DNA of 36,553 nt from Vermamoeba vermiformis (Eukaryota): the NCBI GenBank assembly GCA_045837725.1, contig JBEWZL010000031.1:1-36553 (forward strand), read 5' to 3'. Numbering within the stretch: the first letter of the stretch is position 1; each line of letters opens with the position of its first letter. The position numbers and the translations under genes are program-made. Below the pieces are notes generated by a model. It made no database searches. It saw only the letters and a list, made by a program, of their open reading frames with translations, and was not told the origin of the DNA. Below are positions 9,353 to 22,364 of this stretch, piece after piece.

Positions 9353-12156
9353 TTAATTGCAAGCAGTAAAATCCTCCATTTTTTGAGGAACAGCAGTAGT
9401 AGGAGGCACGAAAGGTAAGTTCTCGCCGTTGAGCGGATCTTTGAACACGCGGCTCCACTCTCGGTTCACAACATCGTAGAATCGTTGGTAAGTACCGTCA
9501 ATCTTCAAACGCTCTTCAATAATATCAGCAATGCCACCCACCTAATATTCATCATATCGTTAGTACGTGTATTGATGTCAGCGCAGAGCCAGATCCGTGT
9601 AACTTACGAGGGTTGCAACGGTCGTGATCTTGGTGTCCCAAGTAGTAACAGGCGCAATTTCAGTGCCAATGTTGTTGATACCTTCAGTAGAGCCAAGAGG
9701 GCCTATAGAGTGTCAAAAAATGTGACGTGACGATGTCAAAATGTCATCGCACTGACCTTGCATCTTGGCACCCTTCAACATATTGTGATACCAAGCCAAA
9801 CCAATCGATTCGTTAGCTAAAATGACTGGGAAGGCGCCGTAAGGAGTAACCATCTGAAATAGAATATCTTATTAGTCATCATATCGAGTACGTGAGGCGT
9901 AATATGACAGGTACTCACGTGTTGGTAGTCTACGGGTTGCCAAGCAATCTCGGGCACACCAATAGCAGAGATATAACCAGTGTTGTCGTTGTTGTTCTTA
10001 GAGACGTTTGTGACTGACGCGAACAAGCCAGGAATGTTCTTTTGGTTGGAGTTCCAGACACGTGCTCTTTCACCGTTCATGAACACTCTACGACCACGCA
10101 TCAGTTAATATTTAAAATATTAATCATCAGTATTGAGAACTTACCTCTTGTTAATAGGGACGCTCAAGTAAGGCAACTCGAGGTACTTCCATTGCTCGTG
10201 CGAAGAGAACCACCAGCCACGTTGCACAGAGATGGGTCCTTGGCTCGAAGGGTACTCGGCACGTTGCAATTTAGCACGCTTGACCAACCACAAGAATTCA
10301 CGGTCAGACGGCTTAGCCCATTCGGTGTACATGTCGAGGAAGAATGCGAACAACTCGCCTTCATAGGGGTCATCCAAGAAACCACCAGCAGTACCGTAGT
10401 TACCTAAAAAGGAAAGTTAGCATAAACGTACCACGTACTCGAAGGCAACTATCGATGAGCGCAATAATTGAATGAAAATAATGCTGTCACATTGAGTGAA
10501 TGACTTACCAGGATAAGGTTGGACAGTAATGTCTTTAATTGTGGCAACGTCACGAACCCAGCCGTAACCAGCGTAGAAGATCATTTGACCAGTCTAGAAA
10601 CAACATTAGCACCCTTATTTTATATGAATGTAGCGGCGGCCTTTGTGTCCAAATGACACTTTGACACGTGTCATCGAGCCCAAATAATATCTTGTACCAT
10701 TTGTCCGTGAAAAATTTACTAAGGATGAGATTAACAAGGCTAGGTACTTACTTTAGCCATAAGATCCCACCACTTTTTGTAACGAGCAGCCAAGTCAGAA
10801 AGTTTCTCGTACATTTCTATGTTGTTTTGAGTGCGGTAGTTGTTGGCACTTTTGTCGAGCACGTGATACACGGCGTAGATTCCCCACATCATTTCTCCGT
10901 TGTCGAGGGCGGGAACTGAGTTCCACCAGCCATTCGCGGGGATAATATCAGTGTCATTGAGGTAGATCCAAGGAAGATAACCTACATCCAGATCAGACAA
11001 AAAACAAAAACTCAAAACTCCAAGTTACTAAACTATTATAGAGTGGTATATTATATTGTGGTACTTATTGCCATATGATATGCAGTTCCTTATATTATTA
11101 CGCCGGTTCATAAATAAATTTACCTCCGTATCCAGGGTACTTTCGATTGAAGTACTCGAGTCCAGCCATCTTCGTAGTCAACAACTCAACTGCTTTGTTG
11201 AACGCGTTGCTGGGGTCAGTAGGATTGATGAAAATCTATAATTAAACGAGTTATTACAAGTCCCTCAAATTGTACACGAGAGCACGGATCGCAGATCCGA
11301 TTTGATAAAATTTTGATGATTCGTCTTAATTATATGCAATTATATATAGCCTTACATTGGCGAGTTTGTTGCCGTTGATCACTTGCGCTAAAAGCATCAA
11401 ATGAACGGACTCTTTTGAAGCTGCAGTCCAAAAGTGCAATCCAGATTGAATAGGACCGCCTTAAATATATATTAGGACCATATTTATATTATATAGTATT
11501 AGAATATTATTTGGAATAAGATTTTTTGGCTTGGAAGAATATTACAACGAAATTTGCAAACGCATCAGTTAAAGAGACGTACCAGTAGTGTAGTTAATAG
11601 CGATACCATCGTAAGTCAATCCAAAAACGGGATTGTAACCGACATAAGGCTGATGGAACTGTCCTTCCCAATACATAATCGCTTCAACAAATCTGTCAAA
11701 AATTTGATCTGTTAGGCCACAATATTTTTGAATAACAATGGTATTTCTTGACTTTAATAAAATATATTATGCAAACGATTATAATCTTACTTTTGTCGAG
11801 CGTCACTTGAGTGCAATAATTGCTCTTGAGTGAAGTCGTTCGCGAAACGGCATCGAGGTGCTTGTTTAGCATTAAAACTGCGTGCTAAAAATAGTAATAG
11901 ATTAGTATTATATTAAATAATGTTTAATATTGCTAAATGTGATATAAGTAAATAGATCCAAAATAAAAATTTTCAGATCCGTTGTTGAAATTATCTAAAG
12001 CACTGTATAATATCCTAATTAATAAATTTCTATGATAAATAGCATTTAATTATCTAAAATAATTCAAGTGCATTTAAGGATCACAAAGTTACTACCTTGG
12101 ATGCACACGATCAAAACAGCGAACGCCAGAAAGGCGAATATAACGTTCTTTCCCAT
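9353..12156 (-). CDS. Secreted endo-beta-1,2-glucanase-like protein (GH162-like), multi-exon
   Basis: Signal peptide MGKNVIFAFLAFAVLIVCIQ. Motifs FHQPYVGYN, WTAASKESVH, YLPW, VPALDNGE, DDPYEGELF, WFSSHEQWKYLELPY, PGLFASV and VTWDTKITT recall fungal GH162 enzymes (recognised from memory, not searched). Confidence 0.72.
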
Positions 12157-12729
12157 AGACTAATATAATATACTGTTATATATTGCAATTGTGGTAAGAT
12201 CCACCGAAAGAAAAGACGAAATGACAAAACAAACGAAAAATCTTTTCTGCGGCAAACATCGCGCGAGTGCTGTCAAACTTCCGTCACACGAGTGCACTAC
12301 AACAAACGTTGAATAATAACTGGCGACACTCGGACTCAATCCATACAGGGGTAATACTGTGAGCAGTTGGTAAGATCCAAGTTGGATCCCGAATAATGTC
12401 GTTTCAGGGCAATCTACTGTTATTCACTAATTCCTGCGATTCTTTGCATTTATTATTAATATATCCCTTGATTTTAAATTATTTATAAATATTACAAACT
12501 ACAAACTTTGTAATATCCGTCGCATCTCAAGTTGGCTATCCTCGATTGCTCCGAGCATTTTTGTATTTTTATTAATGATATTTTTGTGCTTAAGAGCCTA
12601 GAACGTTCGATTTTACGAATTTCGCAGGCAATTTTCGAGTGTCACAAACGTCAAGTGAATCTTTTCATCCAGATTTTGCTTGCGTGTATCACAAGTCCAT
12701 AATTATAGGTGTACATATTCATATACACC

Positions 12730-14740
12730 ATGGATCCATCAGCTTCTACTTCGCTCGGCGCGCCGTTGCTGGACGAGTCGCAACGAGATTCGATGAGTTT
12801 AGTGACAGACGAAGATGCTGAAATCAAGCAATATTACAAGGAGATGAAAGAAACCAATGAAAAGAGGAACTATTGGTTTATGATCATCGTAAGTCTTGCT
12901 GTGTTAACGGTTAAATACTCGGATCGCAAAAAAAAAGTTGCAACCAATTCCATCAATTTGCGATCGTAAAACATGATCACCCTAGTTTAAATTTATAGAT
13001 TATAAAGGCGATAGGAGGAATTACACTTTATATTTTCGAACTGAAAATAGATCTGGACCTCCTAAAAAAATCAGAAAATCGAAATAATATTAATTCGCAC
13101 TAGATCAAATTTCTAAAACTCTACTTAAGCGATATGCTAACTAAGGCTTTTGAACTGGAATTACCGGATCTGACTTTCTTGTAGGGCACAGGAACGCTTA
13201 AAATGACCTGGGAGACACTCCACGTGGCTGTCGTTACGTTTTTCTTGCAGCGGTTTTATCTGATTACGTATTTATCCATCTTGTTGATTGCCTACGGATT
13301 TGCCCAATCGTTCGGATCTGTTTTTGCTGGTCAACTCGTTAAGAAATATAGAGCTAATCGTGTATTAGCTGCAGCCATGTTTGTAGTAGCAATAGACGGT
13401 ATGTGCACCTTTTTTCAAAGTTCCTAACGATTGGGATCCTGATTTGGTTACTTACGTCCCATATTTTTTAGTGGTCATTATTCTTGTTATTGAAGCTGCT
13501 TATGGTGGAACGTTTCAAGACTCAGCATCATGGGATCCCGTATGGATGTTCCCTTTAGGCATCGTTATGGGTTTATGCGAAGGTGCAACAGAATTAGCCC
13601 GCAGAGTGAGTCAGATCCGCTATCTTTTTTCAACTTGCTAATAATCGTACGAAAGGTTATTTCACCTCTCATCGTCTCTGGCGGCGAGGAGCAGTTAGAA
13701 AAGCTAAATTCAGCCATCCATATTGCTTGGGGTCGTAAGTCTCATTCGTCAAAGTAGTAGCCTCACAATGATTTTTAACGCTTTAAAGTTTTTGGCGCTA
13801 TCGGCGCTTTTACATCAATGCCCATGGTCTCCGCACTTAGTTATGTCTACGCAATGATTCATATTCCAGTAGTACTCGGCATTGGCATCACCTTTATCTT
13901 GTTAGTGAAGCACGAGCCCCCAAAGAAAAGTACCCCGAGTCACTTGTTTCGACTACTTTGACACGATGGACTGACACTTTTTTTTTAGACAAAAACAAGG
14001 TCATTTATTACACTGCCAGAGAGAACTGTATTGCCTCCATGGTGGGATTCAGAAACGGTGCGAAGGATTACTTCTTGATGATCAAGACCGGTGCGCAAAT
14101 CATTTTCACGAAAGGCTATTGGTGGATCGTAGTTTGCTACACGTTGCCGCAGATCATTTACTACTTGCTCGAGTCAGTATTTTTCTCGGTCTACGCCAAC
14201 GACGTACTGATGGACTACTCTCTTCCCGGTGTCTTCTTGGGAAGTGCTAACGTTGGTGAAATGATTGGAGCAGTTTTCCATTTCACTCTTGGCCCTCGCG
14301 TCAAAGAATTCTTTTGGTGGACTCGTGTCTACGCCCTCTTTTTGAACATCTTCTGGTTCTTCCCGTTCATTTACACTGACGCGCCGTTGACTTTCGCACT
14401 TGCGATGATTGCCCCGATTGCTTGTTTGAACGCAGGCTGGTCATCGAGCGATATTTCAATTCTCAGTTACATTCAAAACTCGTTCCCTGAAGACGAAGAA
14501 AACCCACAAAACAACAAATTGCCGGCAGTAATTGGATTTTTGTACACTCTTTTCTCCCTCACCGCTGCAGTTTTGTCGCTTGCTATTGGTGAAGTATTGG
14601 ATGTCTTCTTGGTACAGAACAGATTACGCGAAGGATTTATTTATTTGCCTGCAACTTGGCTCTCAGCGATGTCCATATTAGTTATGATCGTCACATTTAC
14701 GGTCAAACGACCAACACCACTTAAAGAAGGACATCATTAA
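12730..14740 (+). CDS. Multi-pass membrane protein, probable MFS transporter, multi-exon
   Basis: About 11-12 hydrophobic segments across spliced exons. MFS motif-A-like GQLVKKYRANRVL. Confidence 0.6.
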
Positions 14741-14949
14741 GAAAGATTAATAATCGATTGTAATTACATTGTAAAGAAGCGAGAGTTTTTTTATATTATA
14801 AAAAGTTTATTAACAAAAAATTACACGGCGGCTGCGTAGTATAATGGCTATGAGGATCCAAATAGTGTATATAATAAAGTGGCTATGTACATATATTACA
14901 GTAGGCAGGTTGGTCTGTACACAAGCCAATCAGCTAACTGAAATACAGC

Positions 14950-17900
14950 TTAGTTGTCGCGGAAAAGAAGTTTGAGCTCATCGATGCGGATCTGTCTGAG
15001 CTCGTTCTTCTTCATGCCCAAGGCACCTTGGGACAACATCTTCTTCTTCTCTTGCAACTCCAAGATTCTTTCTTCAATAGTATCCTATTAAACAAGATCG
15101 TAAGTCTCGGTTTTTCTTTTTGACGACTTCTTTCAAATTTCAAAAACAAAAAAAAATTGACCAATCAGCGCAGGCGGCAAGGTTTTGCCCAGCCGCTCCG
15201 CGCACGATGGATCGAATTTCATCGTTGACTGTAATTATTTTTTTGCTAGTGTCGAGACTTACCTTCACTACGAATCTTGTGACATAGACTGTCTTTGTCT
15301 GGCCAATACGGTGGACACGATCAATGGCTTGTTCCTCGGTCGATGGATTCCACCACGGGTCAAGCAAGAAGACGCGGTTGGCAGAAACAAGATTCAAACC
15401 TAAACCACCGGCCTTCATAGAGATCAAGAACAATTGGATCTCAGGCTTGTTGTTGAAGTCCTTGACGGCTTGTTCTCGTTGGTGTTGGGCCATGGCACCG
15501 TCTAGTCTACAGAACTTGAGGCCAAGTTGGGCAAGAGGCTCTTCCAGCATGTCCAACATAGACGTCCATTGAGAGAAGATGATACATTTATCGCCAGGCT
15601 GGGCATTGGCGCCGTAGTAGAGTTCCTTCAGTTGTGACATCAATGCTTCGATCTTTGTCGACCGTGAGCCACGTCCTTCAGCTTGAATGATACTTGATTC
15701 ATTCTGAAGGACGTGTTCGTTGTTAAGGACGTTATCATGGTTCAAGACGTTATCGTTCTGGAGCACGTTGTTTTCATTGTTAAGAACGGCGTTCTCTTCC
15801 TCCAAACCAAGTGGCATATCCAAGTCGAAGTAAGAGAGCACGTCCTCAAAGGCAGCGTCTTGAGCAGGAGCAACGGCGGCTTCGGTCAATTCTTGTTGTG
15901 CTTCAACGGGGGCGGACAGCTCGGAGTCCTCAGAGGCTTGTTCGAGTCTTCGTTTAGTCTTAAGACGACTCTCGACAACCAACTGCGGGTGATCACAAGC
16001 TTGACGAAGGCGAAGCAAAATCTCCAAGATGTGTGCATAGTTGTTCAGAACTGTTCCATTGGTGAAGAGCTCGTCAAATTTGCTCTTCGATGAATCCCAC
16101 AACTGCTTGTAGAATTCACGTTCTTGTTCACTGAAGTCACAAACGTGCATTGTGACATTACGAGGAGGCAAAGCAACGATGGGCTGGTTGTTGATTTGTT
16201 GGTCCTTGGTCCGTCGCAACATGATGGTCTGCAAGATGGTTTGTAAACGAGTAAAACCACGCTCGTCCCTGTTGCGAATGGGCTTCATGATGATTTGATT
16301 CCACCAATTATGTTCTCCATACGGTCGCACGCGCAAGAAATGCAGCAAGCTGAATAAATCGTCCAATTTGTTTTGGATAGGAGTCCCGGTAACGCACCAG
16401 TGCCGCTCAGCTTGCAAACAAAAAGCTGCGCGGGCCGTGCGCGTCGTTCGGTCCTTGATCGTTTGTGCCTCGTCCAAAATAACTCGGTACCAGGGAACTT
16501 GAAGAATAGGGCCTTTCTTCTCGTGAGGAATAGGAGCTTCGAGATCTGCTTTCTTGCCTTTAGCTTGCTTGCCTTGACTGGGAAATTCCGTTGCGAGCGT
16601 TGCGTACGTCGTGAGAACAATGTCGAATTGCGTAAGATAATTGAGGTCACCACGGCGGTTGGCACCGTGATAAATGTAGACGGAGATGGAGTCCTTTTGC
16701 GTGTGTCGCTTGATTTCAGAGTACCATTGATGAAGAACACTGAGAGGACAGACGATAAGTGTCGTCTTTGAAGGGATGTAGGAGCCGGATCGTTGAGAAA
16801 TATCTTCCAGGTTGAGAGGGTTGGAGACCACAAGAGATAACATTTCCAGCGTCTTGCCCATGCCCATCTCATCCGCAAGAATACCACCACGAACGACTGC
16901 CTTGGCCTGGTTGTTGTTCTCATCCAGTTGAGCAGCGACGGCGTCGTAAGGGAACTTCCACGTCGTTTGCTTCGTGACCTCGTTGTAGTAATACTTTTTG
17001 CCTTGGCTGGTCGTCATTTCCTTCCAATGTACAGGTAAGGAACGACAGTGATGTTGATCTTCATCGATCTGAGAAAAAATTCAAAATGTAAGTAAAGACT
17101 TGTTTTCGATTGAAAGTGAGAAAACTAGGTGCTCTTACCAATGAGGGGTCGTAATTGAACATTGAGTTGTTCTCAGACTGCTCGCGGTGGATCATCCAAG
17201 CGAGAGCCTGTTTTTGATACGATCTCATCGTCGTGATAAGCAAGGGACTGGGCTCTTGTTCCAAAAGCACTTGTTCACTAGCTCTTCTAAGACTCTCGAG
17301 CAGCTTCTCGATGTGCGCATCGTTGACGACTTGATCTTGCGAGGAATTCAAACTGTTGTTGACATTGATATTCTGTTGTTGCTGTTGTTGTGCCCCGCGG
17401 GGGGCTTGAGAAATGTCGTAGATCGATGGCGCATTCTCGAATACTGACGAATCTTGCATCAACTTTTCGATTTCCACGTTCATTTGATCGTCGATCGAAA
17501 ACTCCATTGGTGCAGGAGATGCAGGAACTGAGAATGGTGAAGGCTTGGGTGATTGAGGCAAGAAATTAACGGGTTGAATGCTAATCTTAATAGGTGTTCT
17601 ATCTTCTGCCTTGAACTTCTTGGCGGGGCTTGGATTCTCGAGCTCTTCTTCTGCGGCTCGTTTTAATTTTGCTTTCAATAAATTCTCTTGAATCTTCGCG
17701 TTTAAGTCATTATTAAATAAGCCCGCCACGGGCTTTAGCTCTAGAAGTGCCTTCTTCTCTTGCTGGAATAGATTTGGTTGTTGAGATTTGAACAAGAACG
17801 ATGATGAATAATCTGATTGCTTGATATTTTGAGAAAGGAAGCTGTTTTCTTGTTTGGGTACTTCAAAATTAGCTGGGTTTGGCTTTGCAAATCGCGCGTT

Positions 17901-18071
17901 GAGTTGATTCGCGAGTTTCAATATTCCAATATTAGATTGTCCCGGGAGGGACCTAGAACTGTCGCCATTGATAGAGGGCGTTGAAGGGGGTGTAAACATA
18001 AAATTTTCGCTGTGGGTGTCGTTACTAACTTCGGCTGTGGAAGCGTTGTAGATGTATTGGTCGAAAAACAT
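14950..18071 (-). CDS. SNF2-family ATPase, Rad5/16/TTF2-like, with internal WW domain and no RING; three predicted exons
   Basis: Motifs YQKQALAWM, GGILADEMGMGKT, ILDEAQ, TGTPIQN, LRLRQACDHP, FSQW, GGLGLNL and QAIDRVHRIGQ. WW motif LPVHWKEMTTSQGKKYYYNEVTKQTTWKFP. Confidence 0.92.
15698..15793 (-). repeat. Degenerate 18-bp coding tandem repeat (about 5 x NVLNNE-like)
   Basis: Translates as NAVLNNENNVLQNDNVLNHDNVLNNEHVLQNE within the helicase linker. Confidence 0.7.
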
Positions 18072-18775
18072 GATTGCTTGCCAGGATCGGCCGAGTCAAT
18101 CGGAAGTTGTAAGACTGGTAGACTCTATTTTGGAATAGGGTAAAAAAAATAAGTAAAAAATAACAAATAAGAAATAAAAAGAAGAGGTTTGGTGTGTCTT
18201 CTTTTCGCGAGTTTGAAAATGAAAAAAAATCAAAAATTGAGTTTTTATGCCAGCGCGTGGTTTCGAATAATTTTCTCAGTTTTACTAAAGACGTCAACAC
18301 CACGAGGTTTCTCAATATTTCGATATTATAGGTCAACGTTAGTTCACAGTTCTCACCACATCTTACGACATCGCGAGGACGATCCAACGCCCACGCGTGA
18401 TCTTCGTACAACTCGCGCTTATCCAATATAGCTCATTAATGTACCATCACAGGTACTTGTCGATATTGTCACATCGCATTTCTTGCTCAACAAATTCATA
18501 AGCGTAATACCTAGTGATAACGGTAACTTTCAAATCTCATTTTCCGCTTGCTACAATCGACGTAAAAATAATTGTGCACGATAATATATTCCATTGTATT
18601 GTAGCTACTATATCCATTTCTTTAGCTTATTTTGTTGCACTCCGAATTACTGATTTTTTTTAAATTAACCAGATCAAATTGTCCTTCATCAATTTGCATT
18701 TTTATGCACTCTAATTTACATATTAAAATAATATACATTTATTTCGGGCAAGCAAAGCTATTTCTGATAATTTTC

Positions 18776-20798
18776 TTATTTGATGTGGAGAACGTATTTC
18801 GGGATCACTTGAGCTTCTTGAAATACAACTAACTCATCGTAAATCTTTCCATCAGTCACTATGGTGGATGGTTTGCCTTGATTATTGACTAAAGAAAGAT
18901 ATAGGTTAGTAACGGTCGCGATCGAATCCAGAATAAGACACAACATTCAGGTTCTTTGTTGCTACCTTTCGTTATATTATTTCCACATGCTACTTACCTA
19001 GTACGTAGTGTGACTGGTAGCCGTTCTTAAATGGCTTTCCTTTCAGCGATTCTTGCTCGTTATCTGGATCCTCCACAACTGGATAGACGTTGCCCGGTGT
19101 GACGTAAGTGACTATCAAAATCTTTTCGCCTTCATCATTGGCTCGGCAGTAGTAGTTAGCTGCATACTCCGAATAGCTCGTAAAGTACATTCCTATTGGA
19201 AAATATGACGTGTAAGTACGCGTGTCACAAAGACTTTTGATGACGCGAATGACCCAATATTAATAGCTTGATATTAGGCACAATAGTGAACTTACCTTTG
19301 CCGTACCACCCTTCATCTAGTGTCGATACCGTTGTGAAGCCTGTTTGAATGATCTGCCAGACCGCTTTGTCCGAAGTACCGTGGATCATTGGCACGATAG
19401 GCACGGGCTTCGTTGCATTGTGTGGAAATGTTTGCTCGTAGTTCTCAAGATGATTGAGCATCCATTGGCGCCATTCTTTCTTATTCAACTTCCAGTCTTC
19501 TTTTCGAAAGAGTTGCGGATTCACTCGCCACTGATTGTACAGCTTGTCGCCGTAGTGCTCGAACATGTGCTCGAGTGCTAATCAACGCGGATTAGTACAA
19601 GGTCCTTATTTCAAGCGTGGTTTGCTTACATGGGTTATGCACTGCATAGGCCTTAGTTATGGTGAACTTGGCTCCGTGTAAGTGGAGATTGAACAGCTTC
19701 TTCAGCTTGTCAAATTCACCTTGGTTGTAAATTGAATCATTTTCCTTGATTTTAAAGGATCTATATTTCGTAGAGGCGTAACCTAACGAGAAGAGCGAAT
19801 TACTAACGTATTCAACTAAGAGGGAAGTTGGGCTTGTCGGAGATACGGCCAGATTAGATTCAAGGATTAAAGGGACATTCTTACCTTTTTCCTGCCAGCC
19901 AGGTAACTCAAGAAAGTCTTTAGAGAATGTCCACGGGAGCACGTCAATCTCTGCAGAGTTGTTCGGATTTATCTCTACGACACGCACTTTGGCCTATTGA
20001 GGATACGTTAGGTAAGCACGAAGGGCGACAAGAATTCGTTTAGTAGAGTTACCTTGTCGGGCAATGTAGTGAGGTCATCGACTGCAATGAATTCACTGAA
20101 GTCTTCATCTTCGTATTCAATGCGAATGTTATTGTTTGTGTTGAGATTTTTCCGCACTGACTCTGCTAGGTCTTGTACATTAGAGGCGGTAAGTTGCATT
20201 TTCTTCCTCGCTCCTTTATAATCGACTAATAACAGCAGTTCTCTACCAGAGGCAGACGGTTGACTGGCTGGCACTGGGGCGATAGCGGATTTGACAACAG
20301 GCAATTGAAGCTTTGGTGCCGCTGGTTCCATTTTTTGTTTCTTTGGAGGCGATTGCACTTCTTTGACATCTTCATCTTCTTCTTCTGCCTTTCTCTTCTT
20401 GCTCGCTGGTTGAGCGGCTACATCTGACACGATGGCAGGACAATCGATCTCAATTTTGCCGTTGCTAAATAATTAATAAAATATAAAATAAAATACAATT
20501 AAGATAAAATCGCTTACGCTATCAGTCCCCATTTTGGCTGGGTTAAGATCCAAGTCAATCGGTGGCCTTTTTTTGCTAAATTTGCGTAGTTTGATGATTT
20601 AGTTTTATTTTGCTCCATAAATTGATATCCGAGTACATTTGCCTAAATATAAAATTAATTATTTTATTGTTTGAGTTGGTATCTTACCGATCGGCAAGCT
20701 CCACGGCTGGTGATCGGGTATTTCTTGCCACGAATAGTAACAGACGCATCGCCGTCGTGAATAGCGTTATGTACTGCGATAGCTTCTTCTTTGTTCAT
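18776..20798 (-). CDS. Multidomain PARP-like ADP-ribosyltransferase: uncharacterised N-terminal domain, NLS, PB1/ubiquitin-like domain, H-Y-E catalytic domain
   Basis: Catalytic motifs MIHGT, GWYGKGMYFT..SEYA..Y and YDELVVF. Exons 20798-20688 and 20642-20518 splice in frame onto ORF 20008-20430. PB1-like IRIEYEDEDFSEFI. Confidence 0.8.
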
Positions 20799-21013
20799 TG
20801 TGGTGGCGGTTGTAGGCCAATGACGGGCCAAAATTCTGCATTGTCGCCTATTGGCCAATTCCTGGAATTTTGTGCCTCCCGTCCGGCGATAGGGAGGCAA
20901 AACTATCAGGTGCTCGTCAGCGTGCGTGAATTAAGGCTGCCTTCTAGCTTGATGATACGTCTAGAACTAATTGGCTTGTTGATAAATAAGTTGCTTTATT
21001 TACAAGGTGGATC

Positions 21014-22364
21014 TTAGGAACTTTCTCTTCTCCTCTTTTCTTCCTGCCAGTGCTTCAATTCGCTTACAGTCATGTTCTGATCAACACCAGGGATCGGTCT
21101 ATCCACAAACGGCGAAGAAGTGTATCCGTTCCACCACATGAACATTCTTCTGGACTGCTCGAAGACAGCGAACATAATGCCCGCGTACGGGACAACTTTA
21201 GCCAAGTTCGCCGTAGTTCCTCGCCACAGACCGAGTACTCCGTGCTTTCTAATGGTTTGTTTGAACGCGTCCAACATTCCGTTGAATGCTACGTCGGGTT
21301 TCATGTCCTCGAAGACTGCAGCTGATTGGGCTTGCAATTTCTTCCTAATTGTATCAAACGGGAAGGAAAACGTTTGCGCAAAAGCAGCAGCCAAGCAGCC
21401 GTTAACGAAGTTTTCCAGCGGTGTCATTTTGTCACGTGGCTTGGCCCAAGCTTTGTCCAAGAACTCGTATGCCATGAACGTGCCACCAGCGAACGGAATA
21501 ACGCCAATTATGGAAGTGTTCATGCCTTTGAAGAATGCTTTGAAACCTTCTTCTTTGTATATTTTCAGGAAGCAGTCTTTAATGCCGCTGTACTTTGAGA
21601 TGTTCTTATCTGCGTGCGCTACCGTCAGCCGTGTTTTGACCATGTCGAGCGGGTACGTCATTATTGTTGCGAATACTCCTGCTAAGGAACCCGCTGCTAG
21701 TGCGTTGAACGAACTAATATTGCCTCGTGCGTCTGCAAATGAGCTCTTCAGTCTATAATAAGTAGCGAATTGGATCGCGTTGTAAGGAAAGAGTCTGTAG
21801 CACGCCACGAGGTTTCCTTTCCAAAAAGCCTTAGTGCCTTCTCGTTGATTAATATTTACGAATGATTTAATAAAGCCGTTCTTCGTCTCTTTTGTTCCGA
21901 CTTGCGCCAAGATCTTGACGACATCCAGCGGCGAAGTTATTGTCCGTGATGCTACGCCAGCAATACCACCGGCCAAAAAGCTCTGAGTAAAGAATTGTTT
22001 TGTTAGTGAGAAGTCAACATTTTGCTACAAAGCAAAGATACAGCTCGCGACGGCGTACGACACTTGGACATCCGCCGAAGTGCGTAGTACCAATTTTACA
22101 ACAAATATAAATATATTTAATAGTAGCATAATTAAGTAATTCATAATATTTGGAGCTATTAATAAAACTAAGTGAGCTCATCTTATTCAAAAAATATTTT
22201 GCAAAGCCAGAAGACCTATTACTGAGAATAGGCGTATTAAAGCTGCTTAAATATTGAAAAAATATTATTACAAATTATTGCAGAATATACAAAAGGGATC
22301 CAACAAAGATCCACAGTCTTACCTGACCTACAGTCATGCGTTCGTCCCTTCTAACTTTGCTCAT
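21014..22364 (-). CDS. SLC25A43: Mitochondrial carrier, SLC25A43-like
   Basis: Three PxDxxKxR-type signatures. N-terminal exon MSKVRRDERMTVGQ, VLAQVG-like motif and C-terminal NGYTSSP...PGVDQ resemble SLC25A43. Confidence 0.82.

Noticed and set aside
16285-16923. Long alternative-frame or antisense ORFs over the SNF2 gene (also 21120-21758 over the carrier)
   Set aside because: They are shadows of well-supported genes and have no recognisable motifs.
18025-18720. ORFs 18025-18426 and 18189-18431 as genes
   Set aside because: They are low-complexity, use non-ATG starts and have no motifs. This is probably the SNF2 promoter/5' UTR and intergenic DNA.
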